A program made the position numbers and the translations under genes. Below are positions 63,959 to 64,000 of a stretch of DNA of 64,000 nucleotides, in pieces. The DNA lies in the NCBI GenBank assembly GCA_963716725.1, contig CAVQUB010000032.1, positions 160,001 through 224,000 on the forward strand. The letters run 5' to 3'. Positions within the stretch are counted from its first letter, which is position 1. The number at the start of each line of letters is the position of its first letter. The notes below the pieces were generated by a model, which was not told the origin of the DNA, did not search any database, and was given only the letters and a program-made list of their open reading frames with translations. Origin of the DNA: an uncultured delta proteobacterium. GTDB lineage: Bacteria > Myxococcota_A > Polyangia > Polyangiales > Polyangiaceae.

Positions 63959-64000
63959 TCAGGCCGCTCCGCCGCGCAGGCGCGCGGTCTCCGCCGCGTC
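63959..64000 (-). CDS. C-terminal 13 residues of the upstream operon gene, possibly a hydantoinase B/oxoprolinase subunit
   Basis: Reads DAAETARLRGGAA-stop, ending 3 bp before the acyl-CoA dehydrogenase ATG. D.xxTxxLR is a typical hydantoinase B C-terminus. Confidence 0.45.
   Translation of the reverse strand, partial: DAAETARLRGGAA

Overview
Very GC-rich bacterial window, most likely from a myxobacterium (Myxococcota, Polyangiaceae-like). That placement is inferred from about 19 lipoproteins with Gly-rich linkers, Cys-rich repeats and a GKAD motif. Core genes include acnA, a three-subunit sdhCAB, a PqqL-like M16 protease, trpB2, trkA/trkH, ABC/MFS transporters and a DHH phosphoesterase. Both ends (about 0.6-2.5 kb and 55.9-64 kb) carry many single-base frame breaks that look like long-read consensus errors. 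Main observations: (1) The ORF track misses a probable selenoprotein at 13086-13812 (-): an outer-membrane beta-barrel with an in-frame TGA right after its signal-peptide cleavage site, followed by a SECIS-like hairpin with GGUC at +19..+22. (2) A minus-strand catabolic operon (54.5-64 kb) has the gene complement of the anaerobic indole-3-acetate (iaa) pathway, including a B12 mutase with a remodelled, Gly-rich substrate pocket. (3) A six-gene coupled operon links an exported Ntn-hydrolase, a cation/H+ antiporter, TrkA, TrkH, a 1401-aa antiporter-AAA+ ATPase-winged-helix fusion and MscS. (4) Two phytoene-desaturase-like flavoproteins sit with two SCP2 lipid-binding proteins. (5) A small exported peptide carries four PxxCL[S/E] cassettes. 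No rRNA, tRNA, CRISPR array or transposase was recognised.
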